A stretch of 64,000 nt of DNA from Alphaproteobacteria bacterium. Lineage in GTDB: Bacteria; Pseudomonadota; Alphaproteobacteria; CAAHEQ01; UBA3637. Below, in pieces: positions 9,943-20,077 of this stretch. The position numbers were made by a program, and so were the translations under genes. Below the pieces are notes generated by a model, which saw nothing but the letters and a program-made list of their open reading frames with translations, did not search any database and was not told the origin of the DNA. The stretch is taken from positions 8,779-72,778 of the forward strand of contig JAFYHG010000018.1 of assembly GCA_017539265.1 (NCBI GenBank), written 5' to 3'. The stretch's first letter is position 1; the number at the start of each line of letters is the position of its first letter.

Positions 9943-11212
9943 CTTCTTTGACGCACCTCTAAAGGAAAGAGATCCCGCGGTAGCCGATATTTTGAATAAA
10001 GAGTTGCACCGCCAACAAGAACACATCGAACTGATTGCTTCGGAAAACATCGTCTCACGGGCCGTTATGGACGCCATGGGCTCTGTTTTAACCAATAAGT
10101 ATGCCGAAGGCTATCCCGCCCACCGCTATTACCATGGTTGTGAGTGTGTGGATGAAGTCGAAGTCCTTGCCCAAGAACGTGCCAAGAAAATCTTCGGTGC
10201 AGAATTCGTGAACGTTCAACCCCATTCTGGATCCCAAGCCAACGGTGCCGTCTATCTGGCTCTCTTACAACCCGGTGATACCCTCATGGGGATGAGTTTG
10301 GATGCCGGCGGCCACTTAACACACGGTTCACGCGTATCCTCGTCCGGTAAGTATTACCATAGTGTTTCTTACGGTATTGATTCAAACGGCCTGATTGATT
10401 ACGATGCCGTTGCCGCTTTGGCAAAAGAGCATCAACCCAAAATCATCATCGCCGGCGGATCGGCCTATCCCAACATTATTGATTTTCAAAAGTTCCGAGC
10501 CATTGCCGATTCGGTCGGCGCCTATTTAATGGTAGACATGGCCCACTTTGCGGGTCTTGTTGCGGGCGGTGTTTATCCCAACCCTTTACCGATTGCCGAT
10601 GTTGTTACAACCACAACGCATAAGACGTTGCGCGGCCCCCGTGGCGGGATGATTTTAACAAACAATCCCGAAATTGCAAAAAAGATTAACTCGGCCGTAT
10701 TCCCCGGATTACAGGGCGGCCCCTTAATGCACGTGATTGCGGGCAAAGCGGTCGCATTCGGCGAAGCCCTTCAACCTGATTTTAAAACCTATGCCGCTCA
10801 AATCGTTAAAAATGCGAAAGCCATGGCCACGGTTCTTAAAAACCGCGGTGTAGATTTGGTTTCCGGCGGTACAGAAAGCCACCTGATGCTGATTGACTTG
10901 CGTTCAAAAGGCCTAACAGGGGCATTTGTTTGTGATGCCCTGGCATCGGCACATATTGTCTGCAATAAGAACGCGGTTCCCAATGACCCGCAAAAGCCCT
11001 CCATTACCTCGGGGCTCAGGGTCGGCACACCCGCCGGCACAACACGGGGTTTCGGTGAAGCCGAATTTGCGGAAATTGCAGGCCTCATCGCCGATATTAT
11101 CGACGCTTGCGGTAAGGATGAAGCCACTTTAACCGCCACCATCCAAACGGTCCAAGGTAAGGTCAAATCCCTTTGCCAAAGATTTCCCATTTACGAAGGA
11201 TTAAGCGCATGA
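9926..11212 (+). CDS. glyA: serine hydroxymethyltransferase
   Basis: GGHLTHGS and [14 protein letters not shown] (PLP lysine) motifs. Confidence 0.95.
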   Translation: MTLKNNFFDAPLKERDPAVADILNKELHRQQEHIELIASENIVSRAVMDAMGSVLTNKYAEGYPAHRYYHGCECVDEVEVLAQERAKKIFGAEFVNVQPHSGSQANGAVYLALLQPGDTLMGMSLDAGGHLTHGSRVSSSGKYYHSVSYGIDSNGLIDYDAVAALAKEHQPKIIIAGGSAYPNIIDFQKFRAIADSVGAYLMVDMAHFAGLVAGGVYPNPLPIADVVTTTTHKTLRGPRGGMILTNNPEIAKKINSAVFPGLQGGPLMHVIAGKAVAFGEALQPDFKTYAAQIVKNAKAMATVLKNRGVDLVSGGTESHLMLIDLRSKGLTGAFVCDALASAHIVCNKNAVPNDPQKPSITSGLRVGTPAGTTRGFGEAEFAEIAGLIADIIDACGKDEATLTATIQTVQGKVKSLCQRFPIYEGLSA

Positions 11213-11664
11213 GATGTCCCTTTTGCAGTTGCCCCGATACCCAAGTCAAAGACTCCCGCGTCAGTGAAGATGGCTACACCATCCGCCGCCGGCGCAGTTG
11301 CCCTAAATGCGGCTCCCGCTTCACAACGCTTGAGCATATTCAAATGCGGGACTTGGTTGTGGTTAAGAAAAACGATGTTCGTGTCCCGTTTGATCGTGAA
11401 AAGCTTTATAAATCCGTTCTCTTGGCCCTCAGTAAGCGGCAAGTGGAACCCGATAAAGTGGATCAACTGGTAAACCGAATCACGCGTCAACTCGAAAGCC
11501 TTAACGAACAGGAAATTAAAACGTCCACCATCGGGGAACAAGTCATGACGGAACTATTGGCACTTGACAAAGTCGCCTACATCCGGTATGCGTCTGTTTA
11601 TAAAAACTTTACCAATCCTCAAGATTTTGAAGAATTTGCTGCCGTTCTGACTCAAAAGAAATGA
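11209..11664 (+). CDS. nrdR: transcriptional repressor NrdR
   Basis: MRCPFC...[10 protein letters not shown] zinc ribbon plus ATP-cone. ATGA overlap with the glyA stop. Confidence 0.9.
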   Translation: MRCPFCSCPDTQVKDSRVSEDGYTIRRRRSCPKCGSRFTTLEHIQMRDLVVVKKNDVRVPFDREKLYKSVLLALSKRQVEPDKVDQLVNRITRQLESLNEQEIKTSTIGEQVMTELLALDKVAYIRYASVYKNFTNPQDFEEFAAVLTQKK

Positions 11665-11675
11665 AAGGACACAAC

Positions 11676-12662
11676 ATGAAATTTTATTCGATAGTGGCTC
11701 TGGCATTAGGTATCGCAAGTATCACAAACACTAAAGTGATGGCTGAATCCGACACTCCTGTGGCACTCCCAGGAATGGGTGTAGCCGGTATTTTAAGTTT
11801 TCTCGGGAAAACCGGACATGATATGGCCATGACGCGCTACTATGCGAATGAAGTTTTAAATACAGCCGCCATTTTATCCATCTCGGCGACAAGCGCCAAT
11901 GGAGGCGAAGGCAAAGACATAACTTTAACTGAGCTCAAAAAAGAATTTAATCCTTCATTCGACCTCTGTAATGTGGATATGGTGGGTTATAAAAACGGTT
12001 TCGTCAAAATTATGTTTGGTGATGACTGCCAAACCCCAAGAGGCGAAGACATTTCCCTACAGGCGGTCCAAGAACAAGTTCAAAAACTGAGTGGTGAACG
12101 GGCAAATTGTTCGAATCGTGAATGCTTAATTAACCTTAGTCCGTCTCGTCATCCTGCCCCACCTCCAAAGCCGACATCATTCCGTCCCACTACTCGGGAT
12201 GCCGAAACGCGTGAAATTTTGGAAGCGGCCTCCCGGGTAGCCATCGCCGCCCAGCAAGCCCGTTCTCAAGAATCAACAAGAGCCGGTGAGCGCATATTGG
12301 CTCACACCTATTCGGAAAAACTGTTAAGTGAAGGCGAAAGATTGGCTAATGTTTCAAAAAGCCGTCAACAGGATTTAAGTTATGCACAAGCAGGATTTAC
12401 AAAGCCCGCCAGTGTCGGTTTCGTCACATCCGATGATCCTGAATGGCTCCCCTGTCAGGCTGACCTCTATTCCACCAAAAAGGGCCTTGTTACCTTAACA
12501 CTCGGGGATACCTGCCCACCGGAACACGAAAAGGGAATCGACGTTCCCGCATCTGCCGTCATTCAAAATATCGAAAATTTGCGTGGCTATTGGATTCATA
12601 GCGGTTATTGGACCTACTGCGAAGGAAATATCTGTCAAATTGATTACAGCAAAAGGAAATAA
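11676..12662 (+). CDS. hypothetical secreted protein with two Cys-containing repeat domains
   Basis: SD aaagga 6 nt before the ATG. Signal-like MKFYSIVALALGIASITNTKVMA. Internal duplication: CNVDMVGYKNGFVKIMFGDDCQTP... vs CQADLYSTKKGLVTLTLGDTCPPE... Confidence 0.5.
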   Translation: MKFYSIVALALGIASITNTKVMAESDTPVALPGMGVAGILSFLGKTGHDMAMTRYYANEVLNTAAILSISATSANGGEGKDITLTELKKEFNPSFDLCNVDMVGYKNGFVKIMFGDDCQTPRGEDISLQAVQEQVQKLSGERANCSNRECLINLSPSRHPAPPPKPTSFRPTTRDAETREILEAASRVAIAAQQARSQESTRAGERILAHTYSEKLLSEGERLANVSKSRQQDLSYAQAGFTKPASVGFVTSDDPEWLPCQADLYSTKKGLVTLTLGDTCPPEHEKGIDVPASAVIQNIENLRGYWIHSGYWTYCEGNICQIDYSKRK

Positions 12663-12666
12663 AAAA

Positions 12667-13143
12667 ATGTCAGAAAACACTTCAAAACTTTCATTTACAA
12701 ACGCCCGCTTGCTTGCGGTTCAAACAATTTACGCCCACATGATGGGTGAAGCCGATTGGGATAAACTCATGAGTCGCGGCCTCCTCGGTGAACTCGGCGG
12801 CAAAGCCCTCATTGAAAAAGACGGGAACGAAGAATATGTCTCCCTCCCCTCGGCTGATGCGGGACTCTATACACGCATCGTGGAATCTTATCGTGAACAC
12901 GCGGACGATATTGATACCGCTATCAAGACTGGCCTTTCCGACAACATTTCGTTCGATAGGCTCGAGCCTACCTTCCTCTGCATTCTGCGCGCAGGTCTTG
13001 CCGAATTTTATGCAGATTCGGATACACCATCTGCCATTATCATCAATGAATATGTCGATTTAACAAGGTCGTTTTATGATGGCTCCGAAATCAAAATCGC
13101 CAACGCTTTACTGGACCGTTTCTCCAAGGTCATTCGGGGATAA
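12667..13143 (+). CDS. nusB: transcription antitermination factor NusB
   Basis: ARLLAVQTIYAHMMG start region and typical size. ATG at 12667 with aaagga upstream. Confidence 0.85.
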   Translation: MSENTSKLSFTNARLLAVQTIYAHMMGEADWDKLMSRGLLGELGGKALIEKDGNEEYVSLPSADAGLYTRIVESYREHADDIDTAIKTGLSDNISFDRLEPTFLCILRAGLAEFYADSDTPSAIIINEYVDLTRSFYDGSEIKIANALLDRFSKVIRG

Positions 13144-13246
13144 TTTCCGATTCCCCCCATAATAAACATCTCAAAAGAAGTTTTTTAGGAATCCTCTTTC
13201 AAGGTTCCTAGTAAAATCAAACTATTTTGAACCTAAATTTTGTAAC

Positions 13247-13741
13247 TTATGTGGAGTAGAATATTACAAAAGACAAGAAAAGTATTGCGCAAAAGGATAT
13301 AACAATAGAAATAATACCGAGGCCAATTAATGAATTTTCAATTATGCACCCCTTATCATTGTTAGCAAGAAAACTATTAATTTTATCCTTCATTTGATTA
13401 AATTCTCGTGTATAATCCATATAACTCCAACACCCATTATGAGGCGCGAAAAACACCGCAATATCTTTACCTGATTTTAATTTTAAATATAACACGTTAA
13501 AAGGGGAAAATATTTCTCCTTTTCTTGTGGCTTCTTTAACTTCGGATAATTTGCAAAGATTTTTAATTTTATAATCCTTCTGCCAAATATATTTCGTTTC
13601 CTTTGTACAACTATTTTTCTCTCTATCCATTCTAAAAATCGCAGGACTTTTTATTAGGACACACAAACCTCTTAACCCAATCACAGAAAATAGTAATAAA
13701 AAAATACACACGGTAGAAAAATCAAGCATTGCCAACTCCAC
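13247..13741 (-). CDS. hypothetical membrane protein (AT-rich orphan)
   Basis: Long ORF with hydrophobic N- and C-terminal helices. No recognisable domain. Confidence 0.4.
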   Translation of the reverse strand: MELAMLDFSTVCIFLLLFSVIGLRGLCVLIKSPAIFRMDREKNSCTKETKYIWQKDYKIKNLCKLSEVKEATRKGEIFSPFNVLYLKLKSGKDIAVFFAPHNGCWSYMDYTREFNQMKDKINSFLANNDKGCIIENSLIGLGIISIVISFCAILFLSFVIFYST

Positions 13742-13851
13742 TTTATTGTATCTAAAAGTTTAAATCCAATGATTATTATACACATTTCTATATCAATGTC
13801 AACATATCCTCTCTTTATTTTCTTTCCCTTTTCTCCTCGCTTACTTTTTTC

Positions 13852-13880
13852 TTGCATTTAGCCTAAAATCCGGCTAAACT
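13852..13880 (+). promoter_or_regulatory. candidate sigma70 promoter of mlaE
   Basis: TTGCAT-17 nt-TAAACT, 25 nt upstream of the ATG. SD aaaggag. Confidence 0.3.
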
Positions 13881-13904
13881 AACCCATCATAAAGGAGATT
13901 TCAT

Positions 13905-14690
13905 ATGCAACTGGATTTAAGTTTTGTGGATAAATTAGGTCGCGTGGTTTTAAACTTTTTTCGCGCCACGGGAAAGTTAGGAATTTTTTGCGGACAAACC
14001 GTCTATCATTGCGTCACACCACCGTTTTATTTAAAGGCCGTATTGGCCCAAATGATAGAAATCGGCTTTTATTCCCTGCCGGTGGTGGCTCTTACCACCC
14101 TCTTTTCAGGGATGGTTATCGCCCTTCAAACGTATGAGGCCGTTTCGCAATTTTCTGCCGAAGGGGCCGTTGCCATGGTCGTGCGTGTTGCCGTTATTCG
14201 GGAACTGGCACCCGTCATGGCGGGCTTAATGGTAGCCGGCCGAATTGGGGCAGCCATGGCGGCCGAAATCGGAACTATGCGTGTGACGGAGCAAATTGAT
14301 GCCCTCTCCACTCTATCCACTAATCCGTTTAAGTACCTGATTGCCCCACGTGTTTTGGCCGGTGTAGTCATGCTCCCGATTCTGGTGTTAATCGGTGACG
14401 TTATCGGTATCTGCGGCGGTTATATGATTGGTGTTTATAAACTGGACTTTAATGCCACGACATACCTCACAAACACATGGACATACCTTAAACCCATGGA
14501 CATCATCTCCAGCATGACCAAAGCCGGCGTTTTCGGATTTATCATCACACTTTTGGGGTGTTATAACGGCTTTCAATCCCAAGGCGGCGCCCAAGGTGTC
14601 GGCCGCGCCACAACGAACGCGGTTGTGTCGTCCAGTATTTTAATTTTAATCTTTAACTACATCCTAACGGAAATGTTGTTCAACGCATAG
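13905..14690 (+). CDS. mlaE: Mla-type ABC transporter permease
   Basis: Typical MlaE length and TM pattern (REL.PV..G...AGR.GAA..AEIGTMRVTEQIDAL). Confidence 0.85.
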   Translation: MQLDLSFVDKLGRVVLNFFRATGKLGIFCGQTVYHCVTPPFYLKAVLAQMIEIGFYSLPVVALTTLFSGMVIALQTYEAVSQFSAEGAVAMVVRVAVIRELAPVMAGLMVAGRIGAAMAAEIGTMRVTEQIDALSTLSTNPFKYLIAPRVLAGVVMLPILVLIGDVIGICGGYMIGVYKLDFNATTYLTNTWTYLKPMDIISSMTKAGVFGFIITLLGCYNGFQSQGGAQGVGRATTNAVVSSSILILIFNYILTEMLFNA

Positions 14691-14701
14691 GGGGAACAGA
14701 T

Positions 14702-15496
14702 ATGAAAACCCAAAAAGAAACCGTAAGTCCCAAAATCCGCATGACGGATGTGTGTAAGGCCTTCGGGAATAAAAAGGTCCTCAACCACTTAAATTTAGAT
14801 GTCTACCCCGGTGAATCACTGGTTGTCATCGGTGGCTCCGGCACAGGCAAATCCGTAACGATTAAGTGTATCTTAGGGTTATTAGAGCCCGAAAGCGGTC
14901 GGGTTGAAATTGACGGTAAAAACGTCTTGGAACTGTCGGGAAAAGAGAGGGAAAAAGTCCTTTCTCAATTCGGCATGCTGTTCCAAAACGCCGCCCTGTT
15001 CGATAGTTTATCCGTCTGGGAAAACGTGGCCTTTTCGTTAATTCAAAACCAACATATGAATAAGGCGGAAGCCCGCAAAATCGCCATAAAAAAACTGGCT
15101 CAAGTCGGCCTTAAAAGTGATGTCGCCGATGTTTATCCCGCGGATTTATCCGGCGGCATGCGTAAACGCGTCGGCCTCGCCCGCGCCATAGCCACAAACC
15201 CTGCCGTTATTTTCTTTGATGAGCCTACAACGGGCCTCGACCCTATCATGTCCGATGTCATCAATGATTTGATTAAGGATACCGTGAAAAATCTGGGCGC
15301 AACGGCTTTAACAATTACACACGATATGAACTCGGCGCGTAAAATAGCCGACCGAATCGCCATGCTTTACGAGGGAAAAATCATCTGGGTCGGCACAGTG
15401 GACGAGTTAGATAAGACCACCAACCCCTACGTCCGCCAATTTGTCGCCGGCTCCGCCAAAGGCCCCATCCAAATGGAAGTGAAAGTGGAAAAATAG
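14702..15496 (+). CDS. mlaF: Mla-type ABC transporter ATP-binding protein
   Basis: Walker A GGSGTGKS, signature LSGGMRKRVGLARA, Walker B IFFDEPTTGLD. Confidence 0.85.
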   Translation: MKTQKETVSPKIRMTDVCKAFGNKKVLNHLNLDVYPGESLVVIGGSGTGKSVTIKCILGLLEPESGRVEIDGKNVLELSGKEREKVLSQFGMLFQNAALFDSLSVWENVAFSLIQNQHMNKAEARKIAIKKLAQVGLKSDVADVYPADLSGGMRKRVGLARAIATNPAVIFFDEPTTGLDPIMSDVINDLIKDTVKNLGATALTITHDMNSARKIADRIAMLYEGKIIWVGTVDELDKTTNPYVRQFVAGSAKGPIQMEVKVEK

Positions 15497-16417
15497 ATGG
15501 AAAAAAAAGTCGATACCCCCTATGGAAAAATGAGTAAAATAGAAGACCTTATTTGGGGTGTTGTAGTACTTGTCTTCGGAATCGGGTATGCACTAGCCAG
15601 ACTCTTTTTCCCAGAATCGAAAGCGACGATTAATTCTGTTTTCCTTTCAGGAGTGGGAGCTTCATTGGGTGTATTCTGTTGCATTCATAACCTCCTACAC
15701 GCCCTTAAACAAAAAACTGATTTGCAGGACGAGTTTGAAGAAGAAGAATTCGAAGATGTAGTCGAAGATTATTTCCACGACATAGATGCCGAAAGACAAA
15801 ATTATAAAGGCTCTTGGTCTGCGGTTGAAGAGTGGAAACAAAAAATGCGAGAAAGAGCCGATGAACTAAAACACCGCATTCAAACAGAAGGTGAAACAGA
15901 GGATGTTCTAGATATCTGGGCAACATGGGATGAGGAGATGCAAGATGGCCTAGAGGCCGTTCAAAATGGCAATAATCCCTTATTACCTAAAAAAGAAAAA
16001 AAAGAAGTTACAAAAGAAGAGGAACAACAGGAATCAAAAAAATCCCCTTGGGGGAAAAAGATAATATCTTTATTAGTCCTTATTCCTTTACTTTTTTTAT
16101 ATCTTGTTTTAAGCATACTGGAATGCAGTATTTTCCTTTTAACGATTGCTTTTTCTTGTTTTTTGTTTTCTTATGACATTGATCCAAATTCTTCGGATCC
16201 ATTTGCCTTATTTGACTTTACAAAATTAAAACGCATGCCATTTAAATTTAAATATTTAGTGGGTATTATATTTATATCTGTAATCGGTTATTTCCTAAAC
16301 CAATGGACTTATGCGCAATCAGGGGAGATTCAACTGGCGGTAACGATATGCCTACCGATACTCTATGGCCTGATTTACTACAAACTCCACCACAAAAAAT
16401 CCATCAGGGAGATATAA
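15497..16417 (+). CDS. hypothetical membrane protein with acidic central region
   Basis: The ATG abuts the mlaF stop and the stop abuts the radA ATG. TM helices flank a Glu/Asp/Lys-rich segment. No MCE domain. Confidence 0.5.
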   Translation: MEKKVDTPYGKMSKIEDLIWGVVVLVFGIGYALARLFFPESKATINSVFLSGVGASLGVFCCIHNLLHALKQKTDLQDEFEEEEFEDVVEDYFHDIDAERQNYKGSWSAVEEWKQKMRERADELKHRIQTEGETEDVLDIWATWDEEMQDGLEAVQNGNNPLLPKKEKKEVTKEEEQQESKKSPWGKKIISLLVLIPLLFLYLVLSILECSIFLLTIAFSCFLFSYDIDPNSSDPFALFDFTKLKRMPFKFKYLVGIIFISVIGYFLNQWTYAQSGEIQLAVTICLPILYGLIYYKLHHKKSIREI

Positions 16418-17806
16418 ATGACCAAACGCACTACACAATATGTCTGCCAAAATTGCGGCGCCACCTTTGCCAAGTGGACCGGTAAATGTGAATCTTGCGG
16501 CAAATGGAATACACTGGTTGAGGAAGATTTACCCGAAAAAACCCATTCCCAAATCACGGCTGGAAAGGGCGGTAAAAAGTTTGATTTTGTAGACCTTCGC
16601 GGTGCCCCCGAAATTATCTTTCGCCTCAAATCCCAGATTGGGGAACTTGATCGTGTTTGCGGCGGTGGATTGGTCCCCGGTTCGGTCATTCTGGTTGGCG
16701 GCGACCCCGGTATCGGTAAATCTACCCTGTTATTACAGGCGGTTGCCCACCTTTCTGAAACAGTGAATAAAGCAGGCTCCCCCACTAAATGCGTTTATAT
16801 TTCCGGTGAAGAATCGGTTGATCAAGTCCGCCTGCGTGCCCTGCGTTTAGGCTTTTCTTCGGCCAATGTCGCTTTGGCCAGTGCCACCAACGTGCGCGAC
16901 ATTGTGGCCACTTTGGAAAGCGGCCCGGCCCCCGATGTTGTCATTATTGATTCCATTCAAACGATGTATTCCGATACCCTTGATTCCGCCCCCGGCACAG
17001 TGGGCCAAGTCCGTGCCTCGGGGAACGAACTTATTCGTTTGGCAAAGCGCCTGAATTTCACGCTGTTTTTGGTCGGCCACGTAACAAAAGAAGGCACTTT
17101 GGCCGGTCCCCGCGTATTAGAGCACATGGTGGACACCGTCCTTTATTTTGAAGGCGATCGCGGTCATCATTTCCGTATTTTACGCTCGGTTAAGAACCGA
17201 TTCGGCGCCACCGATGAAATCGGCGTTTTTGAAATGACCGAATCGGGCCTGCAAGAGGTTAAAAATCCCTCGGCTCTCTTTCTGGCGGACCGCCGCGGCA
17301 ATATCGCCGGCAGCTGCGTTTTCGCCGGTGTTGAAGGTTCCAGACCTCTCCTTGTCGAAATTCAAGCCCTTGTCGCACCGATGAGTGGTCAATCCCCCCG
17401 CCGTGCCGTTGTCGGATGGGATGCCGGCAGACTTGCCATGATTTTAGCGGTTTTAGAAGCGCGTTGCGGCATTATTTTCGGCGCAAAAGATATCTATTTA
17501 AACATTGCCGGCGGCCTAAAGTTGACTGAACCCGCCTGCGATATGGCCGTTGCGATGGCACTTGTTTCCGCCCTCACACAAAAGCCCGTCCCCGCAGACA
17601 TGGTTGTCTTTGGCGAAGTGGGGCTGTCAGGTGAGGTGCGCGCCGTTCCGCAATCCGACCTGCGCCTAAAGGAAGCAGAAAAATTAGGTTTTAAAAAGGC
17701 CTTGATTCCGCCGCAAAGAAGTGCTAAAAAAGAATGCAAAGAATCCGCCATCCATAAAACGGAGGTCGGCCATTTACGAACTTTAACAGATATTTTTCGG
17801 GGGTAG
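16418..17806 (+). CDS. radA: DNA repair protein RadA
   Basis: Zinc finger CQNCG...CESCGKWNT, Walker A GDPGIGKST, KNRFG motif, Lon-like C-terminus. Confidence 0.95.
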   Translation: MTKRTTQYVCQNCGATFAKWTGKCESCGKWNTLVEEDLPEKTHSQITAGKGGKKFDFVDLRGAPEIIFRLKSQIGELDRVCGGGLVPGSVILVGGDPGIGKSTLLLQAVAHLSETVNKAGSPTKCVYISGEESVDQVRLRALRLGFSSANVALASATNVRDIVATLESGPAPDVVIIDSIQTMYSDTLDSAPGTVGQVRASGNELIRLAKRLNFTLFLVGHVTKEGTLAGPRVLEHMVDTVLYFEGDRGHHFRILRSVKNRFGATDEIGVFEMTESGLQEVKNPSALFLADRRGNIAGSCVFAGVEGSRPLLVEIQALVAPMSGQSPRRAVVGWDAGRLAMILAVLEARCGIIFGAKDIYLNIAGGLKLTEPACDMAVAMALVSALTQKPVPADMVVFGEVGLSGEVRAVPQSDLRLKEAEKLGFKKALIPPQRSAKKECKESAIHKTEVGHLRTLTDIFRG

Positions 17807-17809
17807 AAA

Positions 17810-18451
17810 ATGACTTTAGGTTTAATTGATGTAATTTTAATTGCCGTAATTATTATTTCGGTCCTCTTTGCCCTGTATCGGGGATTGGTACGGGAACTGT
17901 TGGGCATTGCCGCTTGGATTTTAGCGGGTTTTGCGGCTCTTTATTCCTATGCGCCGTTGCAACCCCTGATGAATAAGATTATTGAAAACAAAACCACCGC
18001 CGGTATTGTCGGCTCTGCGATAGTCGCCTTAACCGTTTTAGTGATTATGACCCTCATCAATTCATGGATTACAAAACGTCTGCGCCAAAGTGCCCTCAGT
18101 GGTCTGGATCGCATTTTAGGTCTTGCCTTCGGCGTGGCACGCGCCGGTCTTTTAGCTGCTATTTGCTACTTGGCTTGTTCTATGTTTATGTCAGAAAAAA
18201 AATTGAATGAAATGGAAGAACAAAACATTTCCATTCCCTATATTCGCACAATGGCGGGCTGGTTGGAGCACGTGGTTCCGGATAATGTAAAGACAGATCT
18301 AAAGGATTACGAACAAGGTAAACTAAAAGATAAACCCACGAAAAAAATCGGAATAGAACTCAAAAAAACCGTCAAAGAGGAACTGGCCGAGTATCGTGAA
18401 ACGGACAAAAAATCTTTAGATGACATGATTGATAAAATCGCAGGAGAATAA
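17810..18451 (+). CDS. cvpA: CvpA-family membrane protein
   Basis: N-terminal pattern DVILIAVIIISVLFALYRGLVRELL and four TM helices. Confidence 0.7.
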   Translation: MTLGLIDVILIAVIIISVLFALYRGLVRELLGIAAWILAGFAALYSYAPLQPLMNKIIENKTTAGIVGSAIVALTVLVIMTLINSWITKRLRQSALSGLDRILGLAFGVARAGLLAAICYLACSMFMSEKKLNEMEEQNISIPYIRTMAGWLEHVVPDNVKTDLKDYEQGKLKDKPTKKIGIELKKTVKEELAEYRETDKKSLDDMIDKIAGE

Positions 18452-18452
18452 C

Positions 18453-18848
18453 ATGACCCCAGACGAACTCATTCAGAAAGCAAAGGACCTTATCCACGAA
18501 CGCTATCAAAAAGAAAAACATCACTCGGTCGTGGCCGCAGCACTTTTAACGAAAGCCGGCAAGGTATATGTAACCCTTAATGCCGGCACGAATCAGCCCT
18601 CTATCGCAACCTGTGCTGAAATTATCGCCATCGGCATGGCAAACACCGAAGATCCGCATATGGAAATTGATTTAATCGGTGCGGTTCGGGATAAAGAAGC
18701 CTATGTCATTTCCCCTTGCGGTAAGTGTCGCGAATACATCACGGATTACGGTCCCGATGCCCGTGTCATTGTCCCCGCGGATAACAAAAAAGGCTACAAG
18801 GTTATACCGGCCGCTGAACTTCTCCCCAACAAATATAAGAAAAAATGA
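18453..18848 (+). CDS. cytidine/deoxycytidylate deaminase-family protein
   Basis: Zinc motifs CAE and PCGKCRE. SD aggag before the ATG at 18453. Confidence 0.65.
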   Translation: MTPDELIQKAKDLIHERYQKEKHHSVVAAALLTKAGKVYVTLNAGTNQPSIATCAEIIAIGMANTEDPHMEIDLIGAVRDKEAYVISPCGKCREYITDYGPDARVIVPADNKKGYKVIPAAELLPNKYKKK

Positions 18849-19306
18849 AAATTATTATTGCCGCCATTGGAAAACTGAATAAGAAAAGCCCCGAACAGGT
18901 CTTAATTGATGACTATATTTCAAAATCCAAGTGGCCCGTTACAGTCGTTCAAGTCGAAGAAAAAAAAGCCCTGCGCGGTCCCGAATTACAGGCGGCCGAA
19001 GGTGAACTTTTGTTAAAGCAAATCCCCCCCGATTTTAAGATCGTGGCTCTTGATGAACGGGGTGAAGAGCCCTCTTCCCGCGCTTTTGCCGAAAAATTGG
19101 GACGCTGGCGGGATATGGGAACAACTGGTGTTGCCTTTTTAATTGGCGGAGCCGACGGCCACACCAATACCACCCGCCAACGGGCCGATTATCTGCTGTC
19201 TTTCGGTCGTATGACGCTCCCCCACTTTTTGGCTCGCGTGGTGCTGTCCGAACAAATTTATCGCGTTCAAACCATTTTAAGTGGGCATCCTTACCATCGG
19301 GATTAA
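18845..19306 (+). CDS. rlmH: 23S rRNA (pseudouridine1915-N3)-methyltransferase RlmH
   Basis: SPOUT fold signature FLIGGADGH...LSFGRMTLPH...EQIYR. ATGA overlap with the upstream gene. Confidence 0.9.
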   Translation: MKIIIAAIGKLNKKSPEQVLIDDYISKSKWPVTVVQVEEKKALRGPELQAAEGELLLKQIPPDFKIVALDERGEEPSSRAFAEKLGRWRDMGTTGVAFLIGGADGHTNTTRQRADYLLSFGRMTLPHFLARVVLSEQIYRVQTILSGHPYHRD

Positions 19307-20049
19307 CGGGAATTTCCTAAAAATTCACGCACAGAAATTTTTAACCAATTGATTTTGTTTTTCAATTTTTGAAAGATTGTATACCTTGCCGATATTTTAT
19401 AGGCTAATTTCTGTTTTGATATTCCGTCTAACGCTTGTGCGAGTTCTTTTATAAACGGTAATGTCACTTTAATCACATTATCGGGATAGAGCTCAAAATC
19501 TCTATATTTTTTTACCCATTCCAGTTGCATCACATTTGCCGATGAAACTTTCCGCTGTAACTTGCCCGTCAATCCCGGCTGCCCTGTATAAGAGGGATGA
19601 TTTACAACATACTTTAACCGATATTTTTTGCATAATTTATCGACAATATTTAATTCTGTTTGATATTCTTCCCGCGTGCAATAACCGATACCAACCGCTA
19701 AATCAAACGGGCGATCCTTCATAGCATGAATATCCAAGAAATAATGATTATCCAAATTATTTTTTAAAATAAAAGAACTGATGGTACATTTTTTACGCCA
19801 ATACTTATTCCGAACAATATATGAAAAACGATTTTTCTCCCCCAGATATTTTGTAATCGCCCCCGTAAACCAATCACTTCCCTTAAACCGTTTATAACAT
19901 GTCGAATTAGTTGCATGCGGCGCCGTCAGGCAAACAAATGTATTGTACTCAAAAAAAGAAAAAACCTTCTTCTCCGCCAAATCCCCCGAATATTGATTTT
20001 GCGCAAAGCATGCCTCATATTTCTTCAGTAAATTAATCTCTCGTTTCAT
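19303..20049 (-). CDS. hypothetical protein (possible FGase-like amidohydrolase fold, tentative)
   Basis: Long AT-rich ORF. The APHA and LDIHAM motifs are only suggestive. Confidence 0.4.
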   Translation of the reverse strand: MKREINLLKKYEACFAQNQYSGDLAEKKVFSFFEYNTFVCLTAPHATNSTCYKRFKGSDWFTGAITKYLGEKNRFSYIVRNKYWRKKCTISSFILKNNLDNHYFLDIHAMKDRPFDLAVGIGYCTREEYQTELNIVDKLCKKYRLKYVVNHPSYTGQPGLTGKLQRKVSSANVMQLEWVKKYRDFELYPDNVIKVTLPFIKELAQALDGISKQKLAYKISARYTIFQKLKNKINWLKISVREFLGNSR

Positions 20050-20077
20050 ACACCCTCTTTACTGGGACTAAACGGTA

